This document shows positions 18,036 to 26,402 of a stretch of DNA of 27,828 nt, one piece after another. The notes below the pieces were generated by a model. The model did no database searches. It was not told the origin of the DNA and worked only from the letters and a program-made list of their open reading frames with translations. This stretch comes from Anaerolineales bacterium UBA2200 (GTDB lineage Bacteria; Chloroflexota; Anaerolineae; UBA2200). The stretch spans positions 1 through 27,828 of the forward strand of contig DCVA01000018.1 in assembly GCA_002327925.1 (NCBI GenBank). The letters run 5' to 3'. Positions within the stretch are counted from its first letter, which is position 1. The number at the start of each line of letters is the position of its first letter. The position numbers were made by a program, and so were the translations under genes.

Positions 18036-18682
18036 CTGCGGACACGGCCGGCGATCCGAGTACGCCCACGCAACAGCCCGAGTCCATCTCGCACCCGATT
18101 CTCGTGGTCGTCGAGGGCAAGGAGGAAGTCGCGCTCTTCGACGCACTGGCCAAGCACATGGGGCTCTCCGACATCCAGCCAACGGACACCGGGGGCAAAG
18201 TAGGATTGGCTGCGAAGCTAGAGTTGCTGAGACGGGGCTCAGGGTTTGAGCGGGTGAGGGCGATTGGAGTGGTGCAAGATGCCGACAGAGACCACCAGGG
18301 CAGGTTCAAGAGCGTGTGCGGGGCCCTGCGCAGGGCGCGGCTCCCCGTGCCAACTTGCGAACTTGAGCCTGTTGGAGAACACCCGCGAGTGGTTGTGCTA
18401 ATTGTCCCAGGCGAGGGGCGCCCCGGAGCGCTCGAGGACATCTGTCTTGAAGCCGTACAGAACGAGCCGGCGATGGCCTGCGTGGAGAGCTTCTTTCAGT
18501 GTCTGAAGGGTGCCGGCGTCCCCGCGCCGCGCGAATTGTCGAAGGCCAAGACCCGTGTCTTCCTGGCGTCAAGGCCAAAACCAGACCTGGCGCTCGGCGT
18601 GGCGTGTGCAGAAGGCTATTGGCCGCTCAAGGGGAAGGCTTTCGACGACCTGCGCAAGCTTCTGTCCCTGCTGTGCGCCTAG
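18032..18682 (+). CDS. small TOPRIM-like protein (DUF4276/DUF4435-like: conserved Glu in VVVEGKEE and DxD in VVQDADRD), translationally coupled partner of the ATPase
   Basis: Its ATG at 18032 overlaps the ATPase stop (ATGA). The N-terminal beta-strand plus EG(K/x)(E/T)E and a later DxD are the TOPRIM catalytic signature seen in OLD, Gabija GajA and PARIS AriB. The product is 216 aa. Confidence 0.65.
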   Translation: MTADTAGDPSTPTQQPESISHPILVVVEGKEEVALFDALAKHMGLSDIQPTDTGGKVGLAAKLELLRRGSGFERVRAIGVVQDADRDHQGRFKSVCGALRRARLPVPTCELEPVGEHPRVVVLIVPGEGRPGALEDICLEAVQNEPAMACVESFFQCLKGAGVPAPRELSKAKTRVFLASRPKPDLALGVACAEGYWPLKGKAFDDLRKLLSLLCA

Positions 18683-18708
18683 ACTGCCCTGGAGTGGCAC
18701 TCATCGCG

Positions 18709-21700
18709 CTAGCTCTGCCCCTCGACGATTGCGATCTCTTCCTCGGTCAGCCCGTACAGCTCATCGACCAGCGCATCGATCTCCCTGTCCGTGGCGGTGA
18801 TCTGGCGGGTGTACAGCTCGCGGTCGGCTTCGGTGCGGGCGGCGGCCAGGTGCTTGTGCAGCTCGAGCATAAGGTTGACCAGCTCGACCATGCGGGCGTG
18901 GCGGGCGGCGTCGGCCGGGTCGGAGAAGTCGATGGCGCGGATTGGCAATTGCTCAATGTATTGCTTGTTCGCCGCATAGTAGCCGCCGTGAAACCTGCTG
19001 GCAAGGCGCCTGAACTGGAAGTCCAGCAGCGTGGAGTTAAGGAGACCACACAAGTAAATTAACCCCATTGGCGAGTCTGTGACGAGGCCGTACCCGCCGG
19101 TGGTGACGTTGATGAAGTACAGATCCTCGGAGAGATCAAGGTACGCCGAAAGCCGGCTGACCATGTAAGGTACCATCAGCTTGCTGCGCTCCCAGGCGCC
19201 GAGGTTCTGTGTTCTGCCGAATCTGTACCATCGAGCATCCTTGAAACTGCCATGCTCACGATCCTGCAGCAGGCCCTTGTTGGCGCTCAAGTACGCCCAG
19301 GCGAGCGGGTACCGCTCACGCAGCTCGGTGGCTGAGATCAGCTCGGCCGTTCCCTCCGCAATGTGGTATGGAAAGAGCACATAAGCAGATGCGACGGCAT
19401 GGTATCGGCCGATATCTCCGCTGCGAACCACGGGGCGCAAAATGGAGGACTCGAGCTCTACCCAGCGGCCAAGCTCCTTCGACAGTACCTCGGTGACGGC
19501 GGTCCTGGCGCTCGGGCGGCTTTCCTTGAAGAGCATGACTGTGTCAGCGCTCGTTATGGGCCCCTGGTAGATGCGAGCCGCCACGGTTCCCAGCTTGACC
19601 GGCATGGCAGCCAAGCGACCGAACAGGGAGCCTTCCAAGCCCACGGCGAAATTCCAGTCTTCTCCCGTCATGCTCTTTGCGGGAACGTGACCACTTGTCG
19701 CCGCGCCCGACGCCTGCCACTCCGACAAGTCGATGACCTTCCGAACGTCGACCTGCTTTGCCCCTGCCTTGTCCAGAAACATCAGGCAGGTGTAGGTGGT
19801 AGCTCCCGAAAAGACCTGTTGGTCCCCAAAGTGCACCACGTGCGAGAGGTGCTTTCCTTTGGCGATCAGCTCGCGCAGCGGCCTTCCGTACTGGGCGTTG
19901 AAGAACTTGTGCGGCAGGATGAAGCCAAGCCGCCCGTGCGGATTGAGCAGACTCAGTCCCTTCTCGACAAACACGACATAGATGTCATAGTTGCCCTTGC
20001 TGGCCGCGACATAGTGCTGCTTGTACAGCTCGACCTCGAGGGGCGCCCACTCCTTCATCGTCTGGATACGAATGTAGGGCGGGTTGCCGATCACGACGTC
20101 AAACCCGCCCGCCTTCATCACCTCGGCGAACTCCTTTCGCCAGTCAAAGGCATTGACCCTACGCTCCTCCTTGTCATCGTAGAACAAGCTTCGGGGCACC
20201 TGGTCCGGCCCAATGAGCGAGTTGCCACATTTGATGTTCTTGCCCAAATCCGGCAGGGCGCGCTCCTGGAACAGCTTGAGCTGTTGTCCCAGCGTCTGCT
20301 CGTTCTCCCCCTCCAGCACCTTGAGCAGGAGGTTCAGCTTGGTCACCTCCACCGCCTGGCGGTCGATGTCCACGCCGTAGATGTTGTTCAGCAGGATGCG
20401 TTTCTTTTCGGCAGTGGTCAGGCGCCACTCGTCCTTCGACAACCGGCGCACGGGCGGCTTCTTGGCGGCAGCCCACTTTTCCAGATCGTGCCGCGTGTAC
20501 CACTCGAGATGGTAATCCAGCAGGTGCTGGTAGGCGCCGAGCAGGAATGACCCCGAGCCGCAGGCCGGGTCGAGTACGCGCAGTTTGCTGATCTGCTCGG
20601 GGGTCTGGTCCTTGATTTGCCCGCCCACGGTGTGCTCGACGATGTAATCGACGATGTAGGTGGGGGTGTAGTAGACGCCGCCGGCCTTTTTGACCTCGGG
20701 CTTTTCCTCGACCACGGCCCTGTGCGCCGGGGTGAGGCGGATGACCTTGCCCAGGAACTGCTCGTACACCTGGCCGAGGATGTCCACGGGTATTACGTCG
20801 AACATGTACTTGGAGGCGGGGTAGTACAGGGCCGAGATGATCTCCTTCAGCGGCTTGTCGTCGACATTCAGGTCGCGCGAAACAGAGTCCTTGCTCAAGT
20901 CAAACAACCCCGAATTGTACCTGTCATTCGCACGGCCAATCAGGGTCTTGACCTGTTCGTAGATGTCAGGTTGGCCAAGCAACTGCTCGAGTTGGCGCTG
21001 AGGCTCGCAGCGGCGGTCCTCCGCCACTCGCAGGAACAGGATTCGATCGATCGTCGCCTGCACGGCGTGGTTCATTTCGCTGACTGACAGGGTCGGGTTG
21101 CGCAGGGCGAGGCTGCGGGCCAGCATATCGCGCCACTCCTCGATGTCCTTCAGGATTGACTGGTCGACCGTGAAGGTGCCGCGATGCTTTGCCGCTTGTT
21201 GGGCAAAGCGGTCCAGCGAACCATTTTCAACCGACCACTTGGAGAAGGTCTGCCAGAGCAGCGACCAGGGTTCGTCTTCGACGTACTGGTCGAAGGTTAG
21301 CAGGTGCCGCCGTGCGAAATCGGCGCTGTCGGCTAGGCCGGGCGGACGCGTGCAATCATAGACGGCAAACTCTTCGAAATCGGTGAGGATGGAAAGGGGG
21401 AGCCTCAGGTTCCAGGCATAGGCGCGCACCTGGAGAGCCGGACCGGTTCCTGCAGTGATGTGAACGGCTGGCTTTTTCGCCTCGACCAGGAATTTGCGCT
21501 TGCCATCGATGCGAAAGCTATAGTCGGGCGCTCTGACGGTGTCGGAGTCACGCACGGACTCCTCGCGAACCACGTCCTTCAGCAGCTGCGAGGCGCCCGA
21601 CCGATTGTGCACGTCCCAGCCGAGGGCCTCGAAGAAGGGGTCGATGTACTCGACGCGGACCTCGGTCTCATGGTACCCCGAGGAGCGGTAGCTATCGAGG

Positions 21701-21765
21701 TGGCTCCGGAAGCGCTCGACCAGGTTGGCGACGTCGCTCCTGGCCTTGTCCATTGGCTCTGTCAT
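18709..21765 (-). CDS. Type IIG (MmeI-like) single-polypeptide restriction-modification enzyme: N-terminal PD-(D/E)xK nuclease (HsdR_N-like), gamma-class N6-adenine MTase, C-terminal target recognition domain
   Basis: The nuclease motif is APDYSFRIDGKRKFLVEAKKP. MTase motif I is VLDPACGSGSFLLGAY and motif IV is VVIGNPPYIRIQ. The ~300-aa C-terminal TRD contains LNSTLLDFQFRRL. No separate specificity or helicase gene is present. Confidence 0.8.
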   Translation of the reverse strand: MTEPMDKARSDVANLVERFRSHLDSYRSSGYHETEVRVEYIDPFFEALGWDVHNRSGASQLLKDVVREESVRDSDTVRAPDYSFRIDGKRKFLVEAKKPAVHITAGTGPALQVRAYAWNLRLPLSILTDFEEFAVYDCTRPPGLADSADFARRHLLTFDQYVEDEPWSLLWQTFSKWSVENGSLDRFAQQAAKHRGTFTVDQSILKDIEEWRDMLARSLALRNPTLSVSEMNHAVQATIDRILFLRVAEDRRCEPQRQLEQLLGQPDIYEQVKTLIGRANDRYNSGLFDLSKDSVSRDLNVDDKPLKEIISALYYPASKYMFDVIPVDILGQVYEQFLGKVIRLTPAHRAVVEEKPEVKKAGGVYYTPTYIVDYIVEHTVGGQIKDQTPEQISKLRVLDPACGSGSFLLGAYQHLLDYHLEWYTRHDLEKWAAAKKPPVRRLSKDEWRLTTAEKKRILLNNIYGVDIDRQAVEVTKLNLLLKVLEGENEQTLGQQLKLFQERALPDLGKNIKCGNSLIGPDQVPRSLFYDDKEERRVNAFDWRKEFAEVMKAGGFDVVIGNPPYIRIQTMKEWAPLEVELYKQHYVAASKGNYDIYVVFVEKGLSLLNPHGRLGFILPHKFFNAQYGRPLRELIAKGKHLSHVVHFGDQQVFSGATTYTCLMFLDKAGAKQVDVRKVIDLSEWQASGAATSGHVPAKSMTGEDWNFAVGLEGSLFGRLAAMPVKLGTVAARIYQGPITSADTVMLFKESRPSARTAVTEVLSKELGRWVELESSILRPVVRSGDIGRYHAVASAYVLFPYHIAEGTAELISATELRERYPLAWAYLSANKGLLQDREHGSFKDARWYRFGRTQNLGAWERSKLMVPYMVSRLSAYLDLSEDLYFINVTTGGYGLVTDSPMGLIYLCGLLNSTLLDFQFRRLASRFHGGYYAANKQYIEQLPIRAIDFSDPADAARHARMVELVNLMLELHKHLAAARTEADRELYTRQITATDREIDALVDELYGLTEEEIAIVEGQS

Positions 21766-21794
21766 TACGGCCCCCGCGCGCGGTGATAACGCCC

Positions 21795-21823
21795 AGTGTA
21801 GCGCAGGGCGGGCAAGAGGCCAA
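21795..21823 (-). promoter_or_regulatory. candidate promoter of the Type IIG gene (minus strand TTGGCC-17-TACACT)
   Basis: Weak consensus match. The leader to the ATG at 21765 is ~25 nt. Confidence 0.25.
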
Positions 21824-21892
21824 ACCGCGCCAGCAGAGCTCGATCAGCCCCCGACCCTCCAGACCCAGCAATTGCGAACGGAATGGAGGCTT

Positions 21893-22642
21893 CTTGACAC
21901 CTGCCCTCCGACGGGCCATAATGGCGGCACTATGGACGAAACCGCACTCACTTCCACTCTGGACCGCACCATCACCCTCACCGCCCTCTCGATGGACGAG
22001 GCGCGGGAGCAGGCCAGGGCCATGCTCGCCCCAATGCAGGTAATCGTCGCTGAGGCGCTGCTGCAGGCGGGGGAGACCGACCTGCTGCAGGGTCAGGGCG
22101 TCACGGCCCGGCTGGCCATCCTCCAGGCGATGCAGCAGGCCCCTGTGGGCAGCCGCGTGGTCAGCGCCCGCGAGCTGGACCCGGCTGTGCCGCGCACCGA
22201 GTTTGTCCTGGCGCATGGCGAGGAGCAGGCGCGGCTGCAGGCAAGGCGTGGGCTCAAGCGCGGGGAGGTTCTCGTTGAGCTGGAGCTGACCGCCGCGGCG
22301 GAAAAGGGCAAGCTGGGGGTGGGGCGCAAGCCAGCTCAGTACCAGGCCTCCATCGTGCGGCAGGCGCGGGTGGAGGTGCAGTACCTGGCGCCTTCGCTCT
22401 ACTCCTTCACGCTGGGCCCGAAGCGGGTCTACAACCTGGTGCGCTTCTGGGGCGGCCACGGGCAGAGGGTGGAAGAGTTCTATGCACCTGCCGGCATTGC
22501 TCTGGATCAGGCCGGAAGGGTCTATGTGACGGACAACGGGCTGTACATGAGCAAGAGCGGCACGCTCAAGCAGCCCTACTCCCGCGTGGTCAAGTTCGAC
22601 GCCAACGGGCGCTGGCTGGCCATGTGGGGCGAGCGCGGCGAG
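21893..22642 (+). repeat. copy 2 of duplicated NHL promoter/5' blocks (21893-22036 and 22370-22642), interrupted by a 333-bp in-frame insertion (22037-22369) absent from copy 1
   Basis: Same alignment as for 14168-14584. The insertion encodes QVIVAEALLQ...IVRQAR (111 aa). Confidence 0.85.
21894..21922 (+). promoter_or_regulatory. promoter of NHL paralog copy 2 (TTGACA-17-CATAAT), leaderless-type
   Basis: The -10 ends 9 nt before the ATG at 21932 and there is no SD. It is a duplicate of 14169-14197. Confidence 0.45.
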
Positions 22643-23308
22643 GGCGAAGGGCAGATGCTCGAGGCGCAGGGCATCCAGGTGGGCCCGGACGGCCATGTGT
22701 GGGTGGCGGACGGCGCAGGGGCGAAGGTGGTCGAGTTCGATCCGCGCATGCGCCCTGTGAGGTGGTGGGGCGGCCGGGGAGAGGGCGAAGGTCTGTTCTC
22801 CGGCGGCGCCCTGCACCTGGCCCTGGCGCCTGACGGCAGCATTTACGTGTCGGACCGGCTGGCGCACAGGGTATCGCGCTTTGACCGCTCGGGGGCTTAC
22901 CTGCTGGGCTGGGGCGGCAACGGCAGCGACCCGGGCCAGTTCGAGCGGCCCGAGGGAGTGGCCGTGGACTCGGCCGGCAACGTCTACGTGGCCGACGGGG
23001 GAAACGACCGCATCGGCAAGTTCACCGCCGAGGGCGCCTTCCTCACGCAGTGGGGCGGACGGGGCGTGGCGGATGGCTCCCTGGCCGTGCCGCGCGGCCT
23101 CGCCATCGACCGGGCCGACTGCCTGTATGTGACCTCGGCGGGCATCGCGGTCCAGAAATTCAGCACAGAGGGCGAGTTCCTGGCCAGATGGGCCACCTAC
23201 CAGCCAAAGAACCAGCCGCTGAGCAATCCCGTGGACGTGGCCGTGGGCGGTGCCGGACGGGTGTACCTGCTCGAGGCCAGCCGCAAGCTTGTCGAGGTGT
23301 ACGAGTAG
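21932..23308 (+). CDS. NHL-repeat beta-propeller protein (intact paralog), no signal peptide, unknown N-terminal domain
   Basis: ORF 21725..23308. The ATG at 21932 follows the leaderless promoter. Repeated blades of the form GxxxxPxGIAxDxxGxVYVxDxxNxRIxKF occur six times. Confidence 0.8.
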   Translation: MDETALTSTLDRTITLTALSMDEAREQARAMLAPMQVIVAEALLQAGETDLLQGQGVTARLAILQAMQQAPVGSRVVSARELDPAVPRTEFVLAHGEEQARLQARRGLKRGEVLVELELTAAAEKGKLGVGRKPAQYQASIVRQARVEVQYLAPSLYSFTLGPKRVYNLVRFWGGHGQRVEEFYAPAGIALDQAGRVYVTDNGLYMSKSGTLKQPYSRVVKFDANGRWLAMWGERGEGEGQMLEAQGIQVGPDGHVWVADGAGAKVVEFDPRMRPVRWWGGRGEGEGLFSGGALHLALAPDGSIYVSDRLAHRVSRFDRSGAYLLGWGGNGSDPGQFERPEGVAVDSAGNVYVADGGNDRIGKFTAEGAFLTQWGGRGVADGSLAVPRGLAIDRADCLYVTSAGIAVQKFSTEGEFLARWATYQPKNQPLSNPVDVAVGGAGRVYLLEASRKLVEVYE

Positions 23309-23409
23309 GCCCTTCATTCGCCGCTGCGTGAGGTGGCGGGTCACTTCTCTTCATCCGGGCCCTGCTCCTGAGCCGGCGGCGACAGACCACTTCCCCGAAC
23401 AAACCCCTG

Positions 23410-23437
23410 TTAACTTAAGCCGTAATCCGCGTATGAT
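23410..23437 (+). promoter_or_regulatory. candidate promoter of the flotillin gene (TTAACT-16-TATGAT)
   Basis: It lies 50 nt upstream of GAGGAAGG-N8-ATG at 23487. Confidence 0.3.
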
Positions 23438-23486
23438 CACCCGGCCCATCTGCCGCCAAGGCATTGGGCGAGAGGAAGGTCCAACC

Positions 23487-25466
23487 ATGTGGCAGTTCGT
23501 TTTGGCCGTGTTTGTTACGATGGTACTGCTTTTGTTCCTGTTCCTGACGGTGCGCTTCATCCCCAACAACCGGGTCGGCGTGGTCGAGAAACGCTTTAGC
23601 GCCAAGGGCTCTGTCAAGTCGGGCTTGATCGCGCTGAACGGCGAGGCGGGCTTTCAGCCCGAGGTGCTGCGCGGCGGCATCCACCTGCTGATGCCGATTC
23701 AGTACCGCGTGCACACGGTGCGGCTCATCACCATCCCGCAGGGCAAGATCGGATACGTCTTTGCCCGCGACGGCGTGCCGCTCGATGGCGGCCAGGTTCT
23801 GGGCCGCCTGACCGAATCGAACAACTTTCAGGACGTCCGCGCGTTTCTCAAGAACGATGGCCAGCGCGGGCCGCAGCGCCAGATCCTGCGCGAAGGCACC
23901 TACGCCATCAACCTGGCTCAGTTCGTGGTGATTACCCAGGATTCTGTGCAGTACCTCCGGCTCAGCAGCGACGAGACGGCCACGTTCCAGCGCATGGCGG
24001 ACATCATCACAGAGCGGCAGGGCTTTCAGCCCGTGGTGATCAAGGGCGCGGACGACAATGTGGGCATCGTGACGGTGCACGACGGGCCGAGTCTGCCGCA
24101 GGGTACGATCATCGCGCCGACAGTGGGCGACGATCCGGGCAGGCCCGACGTGTTCCACAACGGCTTTCAGACGCCGGAGAGTTTCCTGCGCGCAGGCGGC
24201 AGGCGCGGCCGGCAGCTTCAGGTGCTGGTCGAGGGTACCTACTACATCAACCGGCTGTTCGCCACGGTCGAGGTGATCCCCAAGACGGTGATCGACGTCG
24301 GCTGGGTGGGGGTGGTGGTTTCCTACACCGGCGAAACGGGCACCGACCTGAGCGGCGAGGACTATAAGCACGGCGAGCTGGTGCAGCAGGGCCAGCGCGG
24401 CGTCTGGAGCATTCCGCTCATGCCCGGCAAGTATGCCTTCAACACCTATGCGGGCAAGGTCATCGCCATCCCGACCACCAACTTTATCCTCAAGTGGGTC
24501 GCCAGTGAAGTAGGGGTGCACCACTTTGACGAGGACCTGTCCGAGATCCAGCTCATCACCAAGGACGCCTTCGAGCCGTTGCTGCCTCTCTCGGTGGTCG
24601 TGCACATCGACTATCGCAAGGCCCCTCTGGTGATCCAGCGCTTTGGCGAGATCAAGCGGCTGGTGGACCAGACCCTGGACCCGATGGTGGCGGCGTACTT
24701 TAAGAACAGCGCCCAGACGCGCACGCTGATCCAGCTTATCCAGCAGCGCAGCGAGATCCAGAGCCGGGCCAGCGAGGAGATGAAGGAAAAGTTCGCCCAC
24801 TACAACCTGGAGCTCGAGGAGGTGCTGATCGGCACGCCGCTCTCCAGGGCGGGCGACCATAACATCGACCTCATTCTGCAGCAGTTGCGCGACAGGCAGA
24901 TCGCCGAGGAACAGGTCGAGACCTACGGCCGCCAGGAAAAGGCCTCGTTCAAGGAGCGCGAGCTGCGCGAAGTGGAAGCACGCGCGCGCCAGCAGCAGCT
25001 CCTGACCGAGTCGGAGGTCAGCATCAGCATCCAGGCCAACCAGGGCAAGGCCGAATACCAGCGCTCGCTGCAGCAGGCGGCGCAGATCCGTGCTCTGGCC
25101 GACGCGGAGGCGGAAAAGATAGCCCGCATCGGCATCGCCCAGGCCATGGCCATCGAAGAGCAGGTTCGCGCCTACGGTGGGCCACGCTACCAGGTGGTGC
25201 AGCAGGTAATGAACCGCTTCTCGGAGGCGGTGGAAAAGAGCAAGATCGAAGTCGTGCCGCGCGTGGTGGTGTCGGGCGGCGGCAAGGACGGCGGCCAGGC
25301 CATGGCCGGGGGCAACGCGCTCGAGTCGCTGCTCACCGTGCTGCTGGCCGAGAAGATGGCCGAGCCGGCCAGCGCCGGCACGTCGCCCAGGTCACCCGAG
25401 ACCGAGTCCCTGCGCGAGCAGATTCGCCAGGGGCTGAAGGCAAAGCAAGAGGGCGACAAGGCCTAG
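23487..25466 (+). CDS. flotillin-like SPFH/band-7 domain membrane-scaffold protein (FloT-like) with long C-terminal coiled coil
   Basis: ORF 23250..25466. The ATG at 23487 follows GAGGAAGG. There is an N-terminal TM helix (MWQFVLAVFVTMVLLLFLFLTV) and an SPFH core. The coiled coil carries EA/Q-rich repeats (EAEKIARIGIAQAMAIEEQVRAY). Confidence 0.85.
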   Translation: MWQFVLAVFVTMVLLLFLFLTVRFIPNNRVGVVEKRFSAKGSVKSGLIALNGEAGFQPEVLRGGIHLLMPIQYRVHTVRLITIPQGKIGYVFARDGVPLDGGQVLGRLTESNNFQDVRAFLKNDGQRGPQRQILREGTYAINLAQFVVITQDSVQYLRLSSDETATFQRMADIITERQGFQPVVIKGADDNVGIVTVHDGPSLPQGTIIAPTVGDDPGRPDVFHNGFQTPESFLRAGGRRGRQLQVLVEGTYYINRLFATVEVIPKTVIDVGWVGVVVSYTGETGTDLSGEDYKHGELVQQGQRGVWSIPLMPGKYAFNTYAGKVIAIPTTNFILKWVASEVGVHHFDEDLSEIQLITKDAFEPLLPLSVVVHIDYRKAPLVIQRFGEIKRLVDQTLDPMVAAYFKNSAQTRTLIQLIQQRSEIQSRASEEMKEKFAHYNLELEEVLIGTPLSRAGDHNIDLILQQLRDRQIAEEQVETYGRQEKASFKERELREVEARARQQQLLTESEVSISIQANQGKAEYQRSLQQAAQIRALADAEAEKIARIGIAQAMAIEEQVRAYGGPRYQVVQQVMNRFSEAVEKSKIEVVPRVVVSGGGKDGGQAMAGGNALESLLTVLLAEKMAEPASAGTSPRSPETESLREQIRQGLKAKQEGDKA

Positions 25467-25495
25467 GCCGCCCTCCCACAGTTCACCGAACGTGT

Positions 25496-25529
25496 ACCCG
25501 GCGCGGTCAACAGAGTGACCGCGCCGGGT
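25496..25529. terminator. perfect 14-bp stem / 6-nt loop hairpin between convergent flotillin and TetR genes (terminator-like, no U-tract)
   Basis: ACCCGGCGCGGTCA-acagag-TGACCGCGCCGGGT. Confidence 0.4.
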
Positions 25530-25575
25530 TCCTCATCCCGGCAAACGGCCGTCCGTTCCGCCTGCAGCGTCGCCG

Positions 25576-26280
25576 TCACACTGCGGGTGATGGCTTACAA
25601 CGCATCAGCGGCAGGCCCGGCCGGAGAAAGGCCTCCACCTGTCGGGCTATGTCCTCCGCTGTGAGCTGGTAGCCGCGCAGGCGCCAGTACTTGACGCAGG
25701 CAAAGCTGGCATAGATGGTCACATAGCCGTACATTTCGGCGTCCACGCCGCGGGTCTCGGCGGGGGGCAAGGGATGGATGCGCTCCTTCAGCAGCAGTGA
25801 CAGCCGGCCGCAGAACTCGTCCAGGGTCAGCCCCGGAAGGCGCGAATCGAGGATGGCGTCGTAGAGGTCGCGATGGTCATAGATATGCTGATAGTGGTCC
25901 ACCTGGACCGCCAGAGGCAGGGAGCCGTCTCCCCCCTGCTCCAGCGCCCGCACATAGTCAACCGTGTGCTGCACAAAATGCGACAGCTCGTGTTCGATCA
26001 TCCTGCTCGCCAGGTCGTACTTGTCGGCATAGCGGGCGTAGAAGGCGTTCCGGCTAAAGCCGGAGCGAGCCAGGATATCGGTGACGCGCACGTCGCCAAA
26101 ATCCATCTCCTTGAGCATGGCGGCAAGCGCGGCGGCGAACGCCTTCTCCGAACGGGTTAGTGGTTTCTCCCACACGGCATCACCCGGCCCCGGCCAGGGG
26201 CCCCTCCACTCCACGCAAACACCACCCGGCAGTACTGCTCTTTCCTCCCAAAATGGGACGGAATCGCCGGATTTGTCCAT
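25576..26280 (-). CDS. TetR/AcrR-family transcriptional regulator
   Basis: The HTH is VRVTDILARSGFSRNAFYARYADKYDLASRMIE. The start is uncertain: ATG at 26280 or an internal GTG. It is divergent from the SDR gene. Confidence 0.75.
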   Translation of the reverse strand: MDKSGDSVPFWEERAVLPGGVCVEWRGPWPGPGDAVWEKPLTRSEKAFAAALAAMLKEMDFGDVRVTDILARSGFSRNAFYARYADKYDLASRMIEHELSHFVQHTVDYVRALEQGGDGSLPLAVQVDHYQHIYDHRDLYDAILDSRLPGLTLDEFCGRLSLLLKERIHPLPPAETRGVDAEMYGYVTIYASFACVKYWRLRGYQLTAEDIARQVEAFLRPGLPLMRCKPSPAV

Positions 26281-26329
26281 TGACGGCGCGATTGAGGCCC
26301 ACTATAGTGGTCACCAGCGAGCCCATCAA
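26280..26329. promoter_or_regulatory. overlapping divergent promoters sharing a palindromic -10/operator CCACTATAGTGG (26299-26310): plus TTGACG-17-TATAGT (SDR), minus TTGATG-17-TATAGT (TetR)
   Basis: The 12-bp perfect palindrome contains TATAGT on both strands. TTGACG lies at 26280-26285 and rc-TTGATG at 26324-26329, each exactly 17 nt from the shared -10. Confidence 0.4.
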
Positions 26330-26402
26330 GCCGCAGGCGGCGGCCGGGCGCGCCGGCACCCGGAAGCGAGTGCCTCAGACCAACCGATGGGAGATGAAAA
26401 CG

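Noticed and set aside
19363-20550. 395-aa + strand ORF
   Set aside because: It is antisense to the Type IIG enzyme (NPPY, motif I). It has no start context.
21692-23344. 550-aa minus-strand ORF; also 13928..14881 minus (317 aa)
   Set aside because: Both are antisense to the NHL-repeat genes, whose six-fold blade periodicity identifies the sense strand.
23415-24860. 481-aa minus-strand ORF
   Set aside because: It is antisense to the flotillin/SPFH gene.
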